Shown here in pieces: positions 21,350 through 31,863 of a DNA stretch of 64,000 nt. Source of the stretch: an uncultured Poribacteria bacterium (GTDB lineage Bacteria; Poribacteria; WGA-4E; WGA-3G); the NCBI GenBank assembly GCA_951813565.1, contig OX638351.1, positions 4,832,001 through 4,896,000 of the forward strand. Direction: 5' to 3'. The notes below the pieces were generated by a model. The model did no database searches. It was not told the origin of the DNA and was given only the letters and a program-made list of their open reading frames with translations. The number at the start of each line of letters is the position of its first letter. Within the stretch, counting starts at the first letter, position 1. The position numbers and the translations under genes are program-made.

Positions 21350-22696
21350 CTATTCTTCCCATTCAATTTGGTGTATATGTTTGGCAAGCGCGTCGCGGAA
21401 AGTAGAAGGTTTCATTGAAAGTAACTTAGCTGCTCTCGTCTTGTTCCCTTGTGTCTTCTGCATCGCCCAAGCAATAAGTTCGCGTTCAGTGGACTTGATA
21501 ATTTCGTGGAAAGAGGTCAAATTCGGTGTATTGTCAAGTTTTTGAGATGTCGGTAACTTTAACTCAATCGGGATTTCTTCAGTCGTAATGTCAGTTCCAT
21601 TGTTAACAGCAACAAGTCGCTCAATGATATTTTCCAGTTCGCTGACGTTTCCGGGCCACGGATACTCAGTAAGGATGTTGACTGCATCAGGTCTTATGCG
21701 AATGGCTTGATGCGGTGAAAAAATATCCAAGAAATGGTTAATCAGCATCGGAATATCACTTTTTCGTTCGCGTAGTGGGGGTAGGAACAAAGGGATAACA
21801 TTCAATTGATAATAGAGGTCTTCAAGAAACTCATTGCGTTTCGTTTTCTCTTTCAGGTTTTCACGGGACGTTGAAATGATACGTAAATCTACGTCAATAG
21901 GTTCAGTTTCAGATGGGACTGAAAGTTTGCGTTCTTCTAACACAGCTAATAATTTTGCCTGTCCGTCAAGCGAAATAGTATCTACATTTGCAATAAAAAG
22001 TGTACCGTGGTTCGCCAATTGTAGTTTGCCTTGCCAAGATTGATTGCCAAAAAGTTCTGATTCAATAGCATCGGCAGAAAGACCATAACAATTGATGCCA
22101 ACATAAGGCTGATGCTGCCGTGAACTCCGGAGATGTATCGTTTTTGCTAAGAGCGATTTTCCTGTGCCTTCCTCGCCGTAAATCATAACGTTGCTGTCAG
22201 TAGAAGAAACTTTAGGTATTAATTTGAAGATTTCTTGGATCTGTTGACTTTTTCCGATGAGTATTTGGTAAAGAGAAGGTTCTTGGTTTGTATCAGATGT
22301 TTTGAGAGATGGTTGTGTATTTTCAACAGGTGTTTTGCCTCTCAACGCTTTGAGTTTATCCAACATGAGAATTAACTCATCGCTTGAAAAAGGTTTTTTT
22401 ATGTAGTTGTATGCGCCGAATCTAAGCGCCTCAACAGCGGTCTCAACACTTGCGTAGGCAGTCATCACAATTACGGTGATATGTGGATGTTCTTTTTTCA
22501 CTCTCTTAAGAAAATCAATCCCGTGCATCTGTGGCATCCGCAAATCGGTTACCAGTACGTCAAACGCCTCTTGTTGTAGAAGTTGAAGCCCTATCAATGG
22601 CGATTCGACAGCAATAGCATCGTAATTAGATTCCCGTAAATCATCGCGTAGAGTCATGCGTTTTAATTTCTCATCATCAACAACAAGGATTTTCAT
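21350..22696 (-). CDS. NtrC/Fis-family response regulator with degenerate AAA+ domain
   Basis: Receiver VVDDE/TDLRMP/KPF, GEEGTGKS, YPWPGNVSEL, C-terminal HTH; GAFTGA missing. Confidence 0.88.
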   Translation of the reverse strand: MKILVVDDEKLKRMTLRDDLRESNYDAIAVESPLIGLQLLQQEAFDVLVTDLRMPQMHGIDFLKRVKKEHPHITVIVMTAYASVETAVEALRFGAYNYIKKPFSSDELILMLDKLKALRGKTPVENTQPSLKTSDTNQEPSLYQILIGKSQQIQEIFKLIPKVSSTDSNVMIYGEEGTGKSLLAKTIHLRSSRQHQPYVGINCYGLSADAIESELFGNQSWQGKLQLANHGTLFIANVDTISLDGQAKLLAVLEERKLSVPSETEPIDVDLRIISTSRENLKEKTKRNEFLEDLYYQLNVIPLFLPPLRERKSDIPMLINHFLDIFSPHQAIRIRPDAVNILTEYPWPGNVSELENIIERLVAVNNGTDITTEEIPIELKLPTSQKLDNTPNLTSFHEIIKSTERELIAWAMQKTQGNKTRAAKLLSMKPSTFRDALAKHIHQIEWEE

Positions 22697-22706
22697 TTTT
22701 GACCTC

Positions 22707-24470
22707 CTATGTCTGTTCTTGTGCAGCAATTGGCAATTTTACTGTAAATGTTGAACCGCTTCCTACTTCGCTCTCTACTTCAATAACTCCTTGATGTTGT
22801 CTGACAATTCTGTCAGACACTGAAAGACCAAGTCCTGTCCCTTTTTCAGTAATTTGTGTGGTGTAAAATGGGTCGAAAATTCTGTCTTGAACGGATTCTG
22901 AGATACCGATTCCAGTGTCAATAACCTTAACGTAAACAATAGGTTTGCCTATTAAGGCATCCAAAATTATTTCACCAGTTTGAAATAAAAGCGTTCCACC
23001 ATCTGGCATTGCGGTAATAGCATTCAATGCAAGGTTGAGGGTGACCTGTTCTAATAGGTGTTTATCGCCATGAATAAGTGCAATTTGATCTTGGAAGTCT
23101 TTTTCTATTTTTATGCCTTTTTCGGATGCCCCGTATCCGATCAATCCTATTGTTTCGTTAACAACATCATTCAGATTAATGGCGGTTAGGGTTAATTCAT
23201 GTGGTCGGGAAAAATCCAGTAATTTTCCGATTGTCGCTTCAATACGCCGAATGGCTTCCTCCATTAAACCGAGATATTCTTGTGTTTGTTCAATGTTTTT
23301 CGGGTTTCGCTGTATACGAAGGATGCAGTTCAACAAGCCATCAAGCGGATTGTTTATTTCATGTGCAACACCCGCAGCTAATTCACCGATTGCCGCCATC
23401 TTTTCTGAAAAGATAAGTTGCTGCTCCATCCTTTTTCTATCGGTTACATCGCGAGAAACGAGTACGGTGCCAAGGTAATTATCTTCATCGTCCCGAACAG
23501 CAGCATAGGTATTTTCTAAGTGTTTTTCCCCTACTTGCTGGTTCTTTCTTTCAATTGCCTCGCTCCCTTCAGAAAAATCCTGTGAGATTTGGGCAAGTGT
23601 TTCAGTACTTCCGAATTGCAGGTCTGTGTTCATTTCTAAATCAGTTTGCTCTCTCTGAATCGATTGTGCGGCTTTGTTGAAGAGGGTCGTCTGATTAGTA
23701 GAATCTACAAAAACAACACCTTCCTGCATACATTCAATAATAGATTGCAATTTATTACGTTCAAAAACAACCTCTTTTCGAGTTTCAACGAGTTCATCAA
23801 CCTTTTCTTCTAAATTCTCTTTGAGTTCCCGTGTTTCAGTTTCGCGTTCTCGGGCAGTTTGCGTAATTGTTGTTGCCAGATAAACAGAAAAGAAAAGCGT
23901 ACTGGTAAAAACAAATAGCACACCAAAGATATAGACTGGGTCTTGCCACAACTCATTGGGTAGAAAATTATTCAGCGGATAGTGTGGAAGAATCTCAAAA
24001 TACTCAAGGAAAATGAGTGAACTTAATAGGACAGTATTTAGTGTTGCTAATATATAGCTGACACGTTTTGACAAGATGATACTTGCAATAATCAGGTGAA
24101 AAATAAAATAAAATATAAAAGGATTCTCAACACCGCCGCTGAAGTGGATGAGAGCAATCAACGACAGCAAATCAAGAATAATATGGATGCACGATTGCCG
24201 TTTGATGGACTTCAACCGCTGCAGTTCTGGTGCTTTGCGATACATCCGCGGTTCAAAGTTGTACAGGACCATCAGACCCGCTGTGATATAAAGCGGAATG
24301 GGGTTCGCAATCATGTCCCACGCTAAATTGGCAACCGTTACGGTGAAGAAAACACCTGCGATTGCAATCCAACGAAGGCGGACTAACCATCCGATTTGCT
24401 TGATTAACTCCAGTTTTAACGGCAGTTCATCATCGACTGCTTTTTCCGGGAACAATTGTGTCTGTTCCAT
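22707..24470 (-). CDS. Membrane sensor histidine kinase
   Basis: About 5-6 N-terminal TMs, PAS-like segment, AHEINNPL, NLALNA, DTGIGI, FDPFYTT, GTGLGL. Confidence 0.92.
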   Translation of the reverse strand: MEQTQLFPEKAVDDELPLKLELIKQIGWLVRLRWIAIAGVFFTVTVANLAWDMIANPIPLYITAGLMVLYNFEPRMYRKAPELQRLKSIKRQSCIHIILDLLSLIALIHFSGGVENPFIFYFIFHLIIASIILSKRVSYILATLNTVLLSSLIFLEYFEILPHYPLNNFLPNELWQDPVYIFGVLFVFTSTLFFSVYLATTITQTARERETETRELKENLEEKVDELVETRKEVVFERNKLQSIIECMQEGVVFVDSTNQTTLFNKAAQSIQREQTDLEMNTDLQFGSTETLAQISQDFSEGSEAIERKNQQVGEKHLENTYAAVRDDEDNYLGTVLVSRDVTDRKRMEQQLIFSEKMAAIGELAAGVAHEINNPLDGLLNCILRIQRNPKNIEQTQEYLGLMEEAIRRIEATIGKLLDFSRPHELTLTAINLNDVVNETIGLIGYGASEKGIKIEKDFQDQIALIHGDKHLLEQVTLNLALNAITAMPDGGTLLFQTGEIILDALIGKPIVYVKVIDTGIGISESVQDRIFDPFYTTQITEKGTGLGLSVSDRIVRQHQGVIEVESEVGSGSTFTVKLPIAAQEQT

Positions 24471-24484
24471 ATCAGTCGGTCTCT

Positions 24485-24772
24485 CTATTTCATGTAACGG
24501 ACTTCACCATCAACTTCAATGGTATCAACGATCGCCATGACAACGCCATCAACAGGTTTGTTGCTGGTCACACTCGTCTGACGCGCAGAACTTCCTGTTG
24601 CTATCAACACGATTTCACCGATGCCAGCACCGACCGCGTCAACGGCGACTGTGTATTTCCGCTCTAATTCTCCATCTAAATTCACATCTTGGACAATCAG
24701 CAATTTGCTACCGACAAGTTTCTCATCTTTCTGTGTAGCGACGACTGTCCCCGTGACCTTTCCAAGTATCAT
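24485..24772 (-). CDS. EutN/CcmL bacterial microcompartment vertex (BMC-P) protein
   Basis: MILGKVTGTVVAT.K...KLLIV...AVDAVGAGIGE.V...GSSAR...PVD..VMAIVD. Confidence 0.92.
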   Translation of the reverse strand: MILGKVTGTVVATQKDEKLVGSKLLIVQDVNLDGELERKYTVAVDAVGAGIGEIVLIATGSSARQTSVTSNKPVDGVVMAIVDTIEVDGEVRYMK

Positions 24773-24939
24773 TCACAAACCTTTCTTGTTAGGCGAGATC
24801 TCTATCAAGCGCCTATTTCAACATAATCAAATTGAGGTACAAAACTGTGCACTCTTGAGTATTCAAAATTATACACGATAGCTGTTGAAATTTCAAGAGG
24901 TAATCTAAATATCATCTAATACAGGAATTTGACTAAAAA

Positions 24940-25500
24940 TAACGTGAGTTTGATAAATCCCGTAGGGAATCAACACCGAATGCGCCTATGGCATTCGGTG
25001 GGGTAGAACGGAAATGGACAATAAAAACAGACCCTAAAGCAGGGTTATTTAGTTTTAAGAATTATCAGTTCCTGAGTTTTACTGTGAGTTTATATCGTCC
25101 GTCGGGTAGAGCTTGCGAAACCCATAGGCGTCAATTTAAGGATTTATTTCAGGTTTCACACATTTTAACCCAAACAACACCGCAACCCCGATTGTAGGGG
25201 CGGGTCTCTGTGCCCGCCCGTTGTTTAAATACATCAGATATGGCGGGGCACCAAATCAACGGTCCGAATGCCCTTTGGCATTCCCCGTCCGGCATGCTGC
25301 CAAATCAACGCTGAATGCCAAAAAGCGCATTTGGCGTTGATTCACTCCCACAAGAGCGTATATCCTTAAATTGACGGCTATGGGGCACCAAATCAACGGT
25401 ATGAATGCCTTATGGCATTCCCCGGGACCCCGCTCTACAGTGGAAAACGCCGCGTAATCATTGCAAATTGAACCTATGTAACCAAATATTTACACACCCA
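24940..25500. repeat. Nested MITE/REP/micro-element cluster
   Basis: Micro-elements at about 24967, 25252, 25301, 25389; cccataggcgtcaatttaag/cttaaattgacggctatgg IR pair; tttacacaccc MITE end at about 25499. Confidence 0.75.
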
Positions 25501-25617
25501 TGTGTTGAAAGAATATTTGACAAACGGGTGTGTTTGTGTTGCTATGTAGGTGGTGTGGCAACGGGTGTCACACGTTGTTCGATTGACCGCAGAGATCGTA
25601 TTTAATAGGAGGATCAC

Positions 25618-25745
25618 ATGGGCATGAAAATACTGACTGTCTTCGCTGTATGCTTTACATTTTCCACTGCTATAGCGTATGCGTATCAGGCAGAATTTGA
25701 ATATCGCGAAGGGGTTATGGTAGGTGTAGGTATCGGGCCTAGTGG
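25618..25745 (+). pseudogene. 5' stub of a secreted-protein gene truncated by REP/IS3 insertion
   Basis: RBS AGGAGG, signal peptide MGMKILTVFAVCFTFSTAIAYA, then runs into a GTAG REP pair at 25750-25813. Confidence 0.5.
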
Positions 25746-25851
25746 TTTTGTCGAGATTCGGAGATCGCTCCTACAGAACACCCTCTTTGTAGGAGGGAAC
25801 TTCGATTCCCGACTACTGACACGAATCGCAATTTTAGTGTAGACACTCCAC

Positions 25852-26939
25852 TAGCCTGAGTTATATCCTCATAATCATTGAGATGAACTTCTTCCTCTTT
25901 GAGAGTCCGGATGAGTCTTTCAGCATACCCGTTCTCCCACGGGCAGCCTCTCTTTGCTAATGAAATCTCAATCCCATGACGATTGAAAATGGAAATATAT
26001 GCCGTTGAAAGGGACTGAACACCTTGATCAGAATGATGGATCTCTGGCACGTTTTGGTGTCCTGCCTGTTCTAAAGGTTTCAGGGTTAGAGATGTGTTCA
26101 AATGGTGGCTCACCTGCCACCCTCTTATCATGCGAGTGAAGACATCCATAAGCACCGAAACATAGACGAAGCGTCTGTAGAGACGGACGGACGTTATACG
26201 CCAACCCAGACCTGATCGCATCAACAGATGTCAAGGGTTTCAAGCCGATTGACCCAGGGCTGTGGACCTTCAAGCGATCTCGTGGTTTGACAGCAACCGA
26301 GAGATTATCTGCTTTCATCAATCGGGCAACGCGGCGATACCCAACGGTGTATCCCAGACGCAGCAGCAAGTGCCTGATGCGCCTATACCCATATTTCGGA
26401 TAACGTCTACATAACTTCTCTATTTCCTCTCGGAGAACCTCTTGAGAAGGGGCACTTTTGGGGTGATAATAGAGAAGACTCCGGTTGAAACCGAGTGTCT
26501 CAGAAATCTCTCGAACCGAATAATCTGTTCAAAACGTTTCAATGAGTTCTCGTTTCTCAGACGCAGTTAGCTCAACCAAGTTGAGGCTTTTTTTCGATGT
26601 CTAACGCCACGGTCAATCTCCCAACGAGCTGCTCAAGGTGAGCAATCCGTTCCGCCGCGTCTTCAGAGGAAACCTTATTCCTGGATCCAAACACAGACGC
26701 TGCGTTTTCAACGAGTTGCTGCTTCCACTTTGAGAGTTGATCTTCGCTGAGGTTATGGCGGCGACACAGTTCTGCTTGTGAACTTTCACCGCTGAGTGCC
26801 TCAAGAACGATTTCCGCTTTAGACTCAGCGGTGAATCTTCTTCGTTTTCGTTTCGCCATCGGAGACTCCTTTCAAGTGAGATTGTTATTATATCACAATC
26901 TTGGTTTAGGGGGTGGCCCTAATTTCCGATGGCAGTACA
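25852..26939 (-). mobile_element. Degenerate IS3 copy (same family as 16312-17556), frameshifted and truncated
   Basis: orfA 26572-26859, orfB in fragments, end ...tggcagtaca at 26939; 3' end of orfB and the other IR missing. Confidence 0.88.
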
Positions 26940-27152
26940 AGAATAATGAATAGGGCTATACTTGCAATTACTCCCACAAGAAAGAAAAAACTGCGAAAAC
27001 CCACTTAAGAATTTGTATAGCAAGCCACGCGATTGCCCCAACGACTAAAATTCCCAGAATTATGAGTAGAATATTTCGCATAAGTCTATAAGGCGTTTAG
27101 TGGATACTGCTATAGTATTTCCGCAGTACTTATTCAGCGATGTTAACCAACG

Positions 27153-27177
27153 GAGGGCGGATATCAAATCCGCCCTA
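27153..27177. terminator. Hairpin downstream of the LamG gene, possible terminator
   Basis: agggcggat-atcaa-atccgccct; no clear U-tract. Confidence 0.4.
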
Positions 27178-27263
27178 AATAAGCTTGAGTAGTATTGTAC
27201 GATTTGAGTTTGCCTCACGGTGTGATTTCCACAACATTAAATGGTGCTGTGTTCAACACCCAT

Positions 27264-28016
27264 CTATTTCTTGAGGCTACCCCATGTGACAGCCAGTTTC
27301 GCTTTTGGGTCAACAGCGAGGCCGCTTGCCAGACCATCTTTCATGACAGATTTAATATCATCCTCGCTCAACACGGTATTGAAGATGACGAATTCATCGA
27401 GGAGACCTTGCCACTGTCGGCTACCACCCCAATCTCCAATCCTGCCGGGGTCAAGGACACCAGGGTTATTACCCCAGTCGCTCTCAGCGTCAAGTTCGCC
27501 ATTGATGTAAAAACGGATTTTCCCTTCCTTCGCGCTATAAGCGGTTGCAATATGTATCCATTTGTTCATTTCACCGCCTACCACAGCGAAGTTGGCGAAT
27601 TTATCGTTGCCACCAGGGTTGCTGTGAATAGAAAATTCAACTTTATTATTCGTATGCAACTGATAATGGATGTCACCCGGTTTCCATCCATTGACGTTGA
27701 AGAAGACTCGCCATCCATTTTCTCGACCAGTGCATTTGACCCAGTGTGCGAATGTGATTTCTTCGAACGAACCCATCCTCTTATTGATGTTAACCCATTC
27801 GTTTGTGCCGTTTAGTTCAATCGCTTTGCCGATTTGACCATCAACATATTTTCCACCTTGAGCTTCACCGTCAAACCCATTTCCGGAAAAATCTTTAGCA
27901 TCACCATCAAAAAGCCACGCTGCGACAATCATATCATCTGTGATTTCTGCTGAACCGAGCATGTTGAACCCTAAGACGAGTAGTAGACTTAGGGCAAATA
28001 TGGTAACTCTCAACAA
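27264..28016 (-). CDS. Secreted LamG/concanavalin A-like domain protein
   Basis: Signal peptide, AAWLFDG, WIHIA, FYING, GLLDEFVIFN; C-terminal AVDPKAKLAVTWGSLKK. Confidence 0.85.
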   Translation of the reverse strand: MLRVTIFALSLLLVLGFNMLGSAEITDDMIVAAWLFDGDAKDFSGNGFDGEAQGGKYVDGQIGKAIELNGTNEWVNINKRMGSFEEITFAHWVKCTGRENGWRVFFNVNGWKPGDIHYQLHTNNKVEFSIHSNPGGNDKFANFAVVGGEMNKWIHIATAYSAKEGKIRFYINGELDAESDWGNNPGVLDPGRIGDWGGSRQWQGLLDEFVIFNTVLSEDDIKSVMKDGLASGLAVDPKAKLAVTWGSLKK

Positions 28017-28169
28017 AATAAACCTCCTGTCGTTATAGAAAAGTAGATAATTTTTGATGTTCTAATACCTTGCGCAACATTACTTAAATCACAATATAAA
28101 TTAATTTATCACGACAACAAATTAAATGCAACAAAATTGTGTCAAGCTGCGCGAATCTGTGGATTATGT

Positions 28170-29057
28170 TTATATGGATCTGTGTTTAGCGACACCGCGC
28201 GGGTTTTCAAAGGCATCTACCCACAAATGGCACCACTCTGCGTGATCTGTCAGGACAGTATCAGGATTTTTGCGGCTGCGAACAATAAAATCGGGGTGTG
28301 CCGTTCTGCCTGTGTGATGTCCTGTCGTCTGAAAACGCAGATCCAACGACCATCGGCATCGATCTGATTTGTTCGGCTGAGATCGGTGCGGTGTAAAACG
28401 GCTCAGCAAGATGATGTCGCCTCGATAACATTCTAACATCATCGGTTCAACGTCCGGCATCAGGTCGGGCACAATCATGGTGCCGCCCTCTTTCTGATGT
28501 GTAAGGTATCCAATATCTTCTGTAACACCGGGCAACGCTTCAAGACATCCCATTTCAATTGTACTATCGCCTAATGGTAGCCAACAGGTGACGATATTTG
28601 AACCTTCTGCCTCCTCCATCATAACACCAGCGTCTTGATGCCACGGCACACCACCTGCCCAACTTGCGTTTCCGTCAACCACTGGCGGTTTCGCGCGCAC
28701 ATGCTGAATCGGGTTGCATGTTATCTCAGGACCGACAATTCCTTCAATTACATCAAGCAAATTGTCGTTTCTCATGAAGTCAAAGATAGCTTTGCCCCGA
28801 TAGTGCATAATATCCATACCGCTTCCGATTTCACCGGACTGTGCAAGGAGTTTTCCGAATCGCCTGTCAAAAGGGTCATCTTCGTAAAGGTTTTCAATCT
28901 TTCCGTCCTGATGTAATGCGTTGGCACGTTCTGATATCCAATCCTCAATTTCGTCAATGACCGGTTGGGTATCTGCATCTGTTAATGCATTTTTGACCAC
29001 CAGAACTCCCTTTGTCCGGTAAGTTTTTTTTTGTTCTTGCGTTAGTTTCATAAGCAT
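28170..29057 (-). CDS. Phytanoyl-CoA dioxygenase (PhyH) family Fe(II)/2OG enzyme
   Basis: PWHQD, TCWLPL, GCL, H.S.PN.S...RWSLDLR. Confidence 0.9.
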   Translation of the reverse strand: MLMKLTQEQKKTYRTKGVLVVKNALTDADTQPVIDEIEDWISERANALHQDGKIENLYEDDPFDRRFGKLLAQSGEIGSGMDIMHYRGKAIFDFMRNDNLLDVIEGIVGPEITCNPIQHVRAKPPVVDGNASWAGGVPWHQDAGVMMEEAEGSNIVTCWLPLGDSTIEMGCLEALPGVTEDIGYLTHQKEGGTMIVPDLMPDVEPMMLECYRGDIILLSRFTPHRSQPNKSDRCRWSLDLRFQTTGHHTGRTAHPDFIVRSRKNPDTVLTDHAEWCHLWVDAFENPRGVAKHRSI

Positions 29058-29195
29058 TCTCCTAATAAGTGCTTTTAGCGATTATAATAGCATTAACGCG
29101 AGCAGTAGACAAGGAGAAATAGATTTTGGTATGGTAATCTAAATCAACCTTTTGGTCGGTAGACATCTATCTTCATAGAATTTGAGAAATTGAGG

Positions 29196-29990
29196 TTATT
29201 CTGCGGGTTCGGGGGTGGTTAAATCACCACTCAAGATTGAAGGACACCAGAATTTCTCAATATACTGAACGACTAACTGCGTTCCTTCTTCATGGCTCAC
29301 ATAGGGAGGCTTAAAAGGATTATACATTGCATCAGTTAAATCACGAACTAACACAACGTTGAAACCCCATCGGACCATCTGCTTAATAGCAAAGGAACGA
29401 CCCAGCACACACATATTGGTATGCACACCCATAATAATAATGTTCTGAATCTCTTTATGAGCGAGCAGGTTGTACACCTCTTGTCCGTTATCACTGATAG
29501 CATCTATGTCATCAATTTCAATTGCTGGATGTTGACGGTGCCATGCGCCATACATGTTTGTTTCACCTGTGTCTGAACCACCATCGGATGCGTCTACAGG
29601 CTGAGGTGGGTCTGGCATTTCACGTTCCTGTGGCGGTTCTGCCTTCGGAATCTCAAGTATGGCAGTACGTGCGGGATGGTCCTTATAGAAATCTATGGTA
29701 TCAGAAGGCGCATGGATTATCTGGACACCTCGTTGCCTGGCACGTTGCAGCACGATGTTCATTCGCGGTGCCATGATGTTCACGCGTTCAGTTGCTCCCC
29801 AGGACCAATGTTTATTCCACATGTCAACGACAATGATAGCGGTTTCGCCTGCTTGCCAGTTGACCTCTTCCTCAATGATTCGCCATCCGTTTCTTCCAGC
29901 AGTGCGCGCTTCCTGTCTTCGAATTGAAAGCGAAAGTGCTTCTCCGGAAGGGGTTGTGGAAAAAGCAGAACGTGCTATATCAAATATCAT
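29196..29990 (-). CDS. Isochorismatase/nicotinamidase-like cysteine hydrolase
   Basis: TAIIVVDMW, IIHAPSD, GVHTNMCVLGR, RDLTDAMY. Confidence 0.8.
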   Translation of the reverse strand: MIFDIARSAFSTTPSGEALSLSIRRQEARTAGRNGWRIIEEEVNWQAGETAIIVVDMWNKHWSWGATERVNIMAPRMNIVLQRARQRGVQIIHAPSDTIDFYKDHPARTAILEIPKAEPPQEREMPDPPQPVDASDGGSDTGETNMYGAWHRQHPAIEIDDIDAISDNGQEVYNLLAHKEIQNIIIMGVHTNMCVLGRSFAIKQMVRWGFNVVLVRDLTDAMYNPFKPPYVSHEEGTQLVVQYIEKFWCPSILSGDLTTPEPAE

Positions 29991-30059
29991 AATTAGTGTC
30001 TCCTATAAGAAAGTTTTATAACTTTGAGTATCTTGACAAAAAATTTGCGAAGATTAACA

Positions 30060-30524
30060 TTATACCTCTTTTCGTAAAACGTACGCATCATCACCGTTGC
30101 TATAGTATCTTTTACGAATACCGTAAACTTCAAATCCGAATTGTCTGTAGAGTCCTCTTGCTGCGGTATTATTGACAGAAACTTCAAGAAATACTTCCTC
30201 TCCCGCGTTTTTCCGAACAATTTCTAATGCGGAGGCGAGTAGATATTTTGCCACACCGCATCGCCTATATTCAGAGGCTACGGCAATATTCAGGATGTGT
30301 CCTTCACAGCGGAAGATGTAAAAGACAATATATCCGATGACTTCGTTATTTAGCCGGGCAATATATAAATGCGTATATGTTTTTCTTTTACGAAGTTCCT
30401 GTTTAAAAAATGATTCAGACCATGGATCGGGGAAGGCTTCGTTTTCTATCGCCATTACCTGTTCAAGGTCTTTTTGTTGCATCTGTTCAAAGATAATTTC
30501 TGGATAAGGTTTCTCAATTGTCAT
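30060..30524 (-). CDS. rimI: Ribosomal-protein-alanine N-acetyltransferase
   Basis: AFPDPWS, HILNIAV, LEVSVNN..A..LY..FGF, RKRYY..GDDA; upstream ORF extension lies in a MITE. Confidence 0.88.
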   Translation of the reverse strand: MTIEKPYPEIIFEQMQQKDLEQVMAIENEAFPDPWSESFFKQELRKRKTYTHLYIARLNNEVIGYIVFYIFRCEGHILNIAVASEYRRCGVAKYLLASALEIVRKNAGEEVFLEVSVNNTAARGLYRQFGFEVYGIRKRYYSNGDDAYVLRKEV

Positions 30525-30576
30525 TTTCGGAATTTTAGCATAATGGGTTTGTGGTGTCAAGAGAGTGATTGTTGGC

Positions 30577-30753
30577 GGGTGTGTAAAGTTTTTGACAAGA
30601 ACTGTCCAACTCTTATTGTAGGGGCGGGTCTCTGTGCCCGCCTGTTGCTTGGCACATCCTATGCAATGGCGGGGCACAGAGACCCGCCCTACAGTTGAAA
30701 ACGCGAAAAATTCTTCGAAAATTGAACCAACGTAACAAAATATCTACACACCC
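30577..30753 (+). mobile_element. GGGTGTGTA-ended MITE (unexpanded reference copy)
   Basis: gggtgtgtaaa...tctacacaccc, flanks attgttggc / attgttggg; internal GTAG REP pair. Confidence 0.85.
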
Positions 30754-30821
30754 ATTGTTGGGGTGTGGATGTTTTCGATTCAGACAATCAGGTGTGAGGT
30801 TTTAGAAACATTTGAGAATAA

Positions 30822-30857
30822 AAGAAAAGGCAGGTAACATCTCTGCTACCTGCCTTT
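30822..30857 (-). terminator. Intrinsic terminator
   Basis: aaaggcaggta-N-tacctgccttt hairpin followed by a T-rich tail on the minus strand. Confidence 0.65.
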
Positions 30858-30876
30858 GATATTGTTAATAACCTTG

Positions 30877-31863
30877 TTATTTTTTCTGTTGCAACTGACG
30901 TATCACCGCCTCTGCAAAGTCCGCATCCCAGTCTTCTGAGAGTGTGTCCCTAATGAGAGCAAGTTTCTCCGCTCTGTTGCCGGGCGTATCTTCTGATAAG
31001 ACGTTTTGGACATGCAAGGTAATAGCATTCTGCATCTGCTGCTTCTGGTTTTCAAGTGCCATCCGGTCTGACTCGGTAGGGTATAGATGTCCAAGTTCCT
31101 CTTGAGTGAGGTATGGAATTGCAAAAGCCCCAGGATATTTTTTTCTGATTTCCAATTTTAAATCAGACACCTCTCTTTTGAGATGTTCCTGCCATGTTTG
31201 CAACTTGGGTTCATCTTTCTCTGACGCCAAGTCCTTTTGAGGCGTTTGCGAAAAGCGGTTCCCCCGTCCCTCCATAAGTAGATTTCTATGAGAAGGATCA
31301 TCACGATCAGGTGCCTCATTCACGTACCTCTCGTCTGTGATGAGAGGCTCATTCTGTTTGAGCCATTGTTTGAGTCTCGCGAGTGCCTCCTGTTTCTGTT
31401 CTAAGTCGCGCGTCGCCAGCTTGCCGAAGGTATCCATTTCTTCACCAAAGCGCCGGTAATCTGCGATGGCTTTTTCTTTCTCGGCAATGAAGTTTTTGAG
31501 ATGCATCCCCCATTCTGGAGACAGTGGGTCTCCCCACTCTTTTAGATTCTCAAGTGCCATTGAAATCTCTTTTTTACTCCATTCTGGAGAGAGTCCTCTG
31601 TAACGCTTTTGGGTGTCTAAATCTAATTGAGATAAATACTCATCTTGACTGTTTTGCACCTCCGCAATAACATGTTCGATCAAAGACACGTCGGTAAGCA
31701 TAGGGTCTTTGGAGGTATCAGTGCGTTGAACTTGTTGATCTGTCGATGCACTTCTTTTTAGAGGCTTGCGTTCCTGGTCTCTCAAGGAGATAATCACCCC
31801 TATTACGACTAACATAAGAATGAGTAATCCACAAATGCTCGTTGTTCTCTGTCTTGTTGTCAT
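30877..31863 (-). CDS. Hypothetical membrane-anchored helical protein
   Basis: One N-terminal TM segment, charged helical remainder, RBS GGAG. Confidence 0.7.
   Translation of the reverse strand: MTTRQRTTSICGLLILMLVVIGVIISLRDQERKPLKRSASTDQQVQRTDTSKDPMLTDVSLIEHVIAEVQNSQDEYLSQLDLDTQKRYRGLSPEWSKKEISMALENLKEWGDPLSPEWGMHLKNFIAEKEKAIADYRRFGEEMDTFGKLATRDLEQKQEALARLKQWLKQNEPLITDERYVNEAPDRDDPSHRNLLMEGRGNRFSQTPQKDLASEKDEPKLQTWQEHLKREVSDLKLEIRKKYPGAFAIPYLTQEELGHLYPTESDRMALENQKQQMQNAITLHVQNVLSEDTPGNRAEKLALIRDTLSEDWDADFAEAVIRQLQQKK

Noticed and set aside
27195..27815. 206 aa plus-strand ORF
   Set aside because: Antisense to the LamG gene; no independent support
30525..30677. N-terminal extension of RimI
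   Set aside because: Frame runs through a MITE; the real start is most likely 30524
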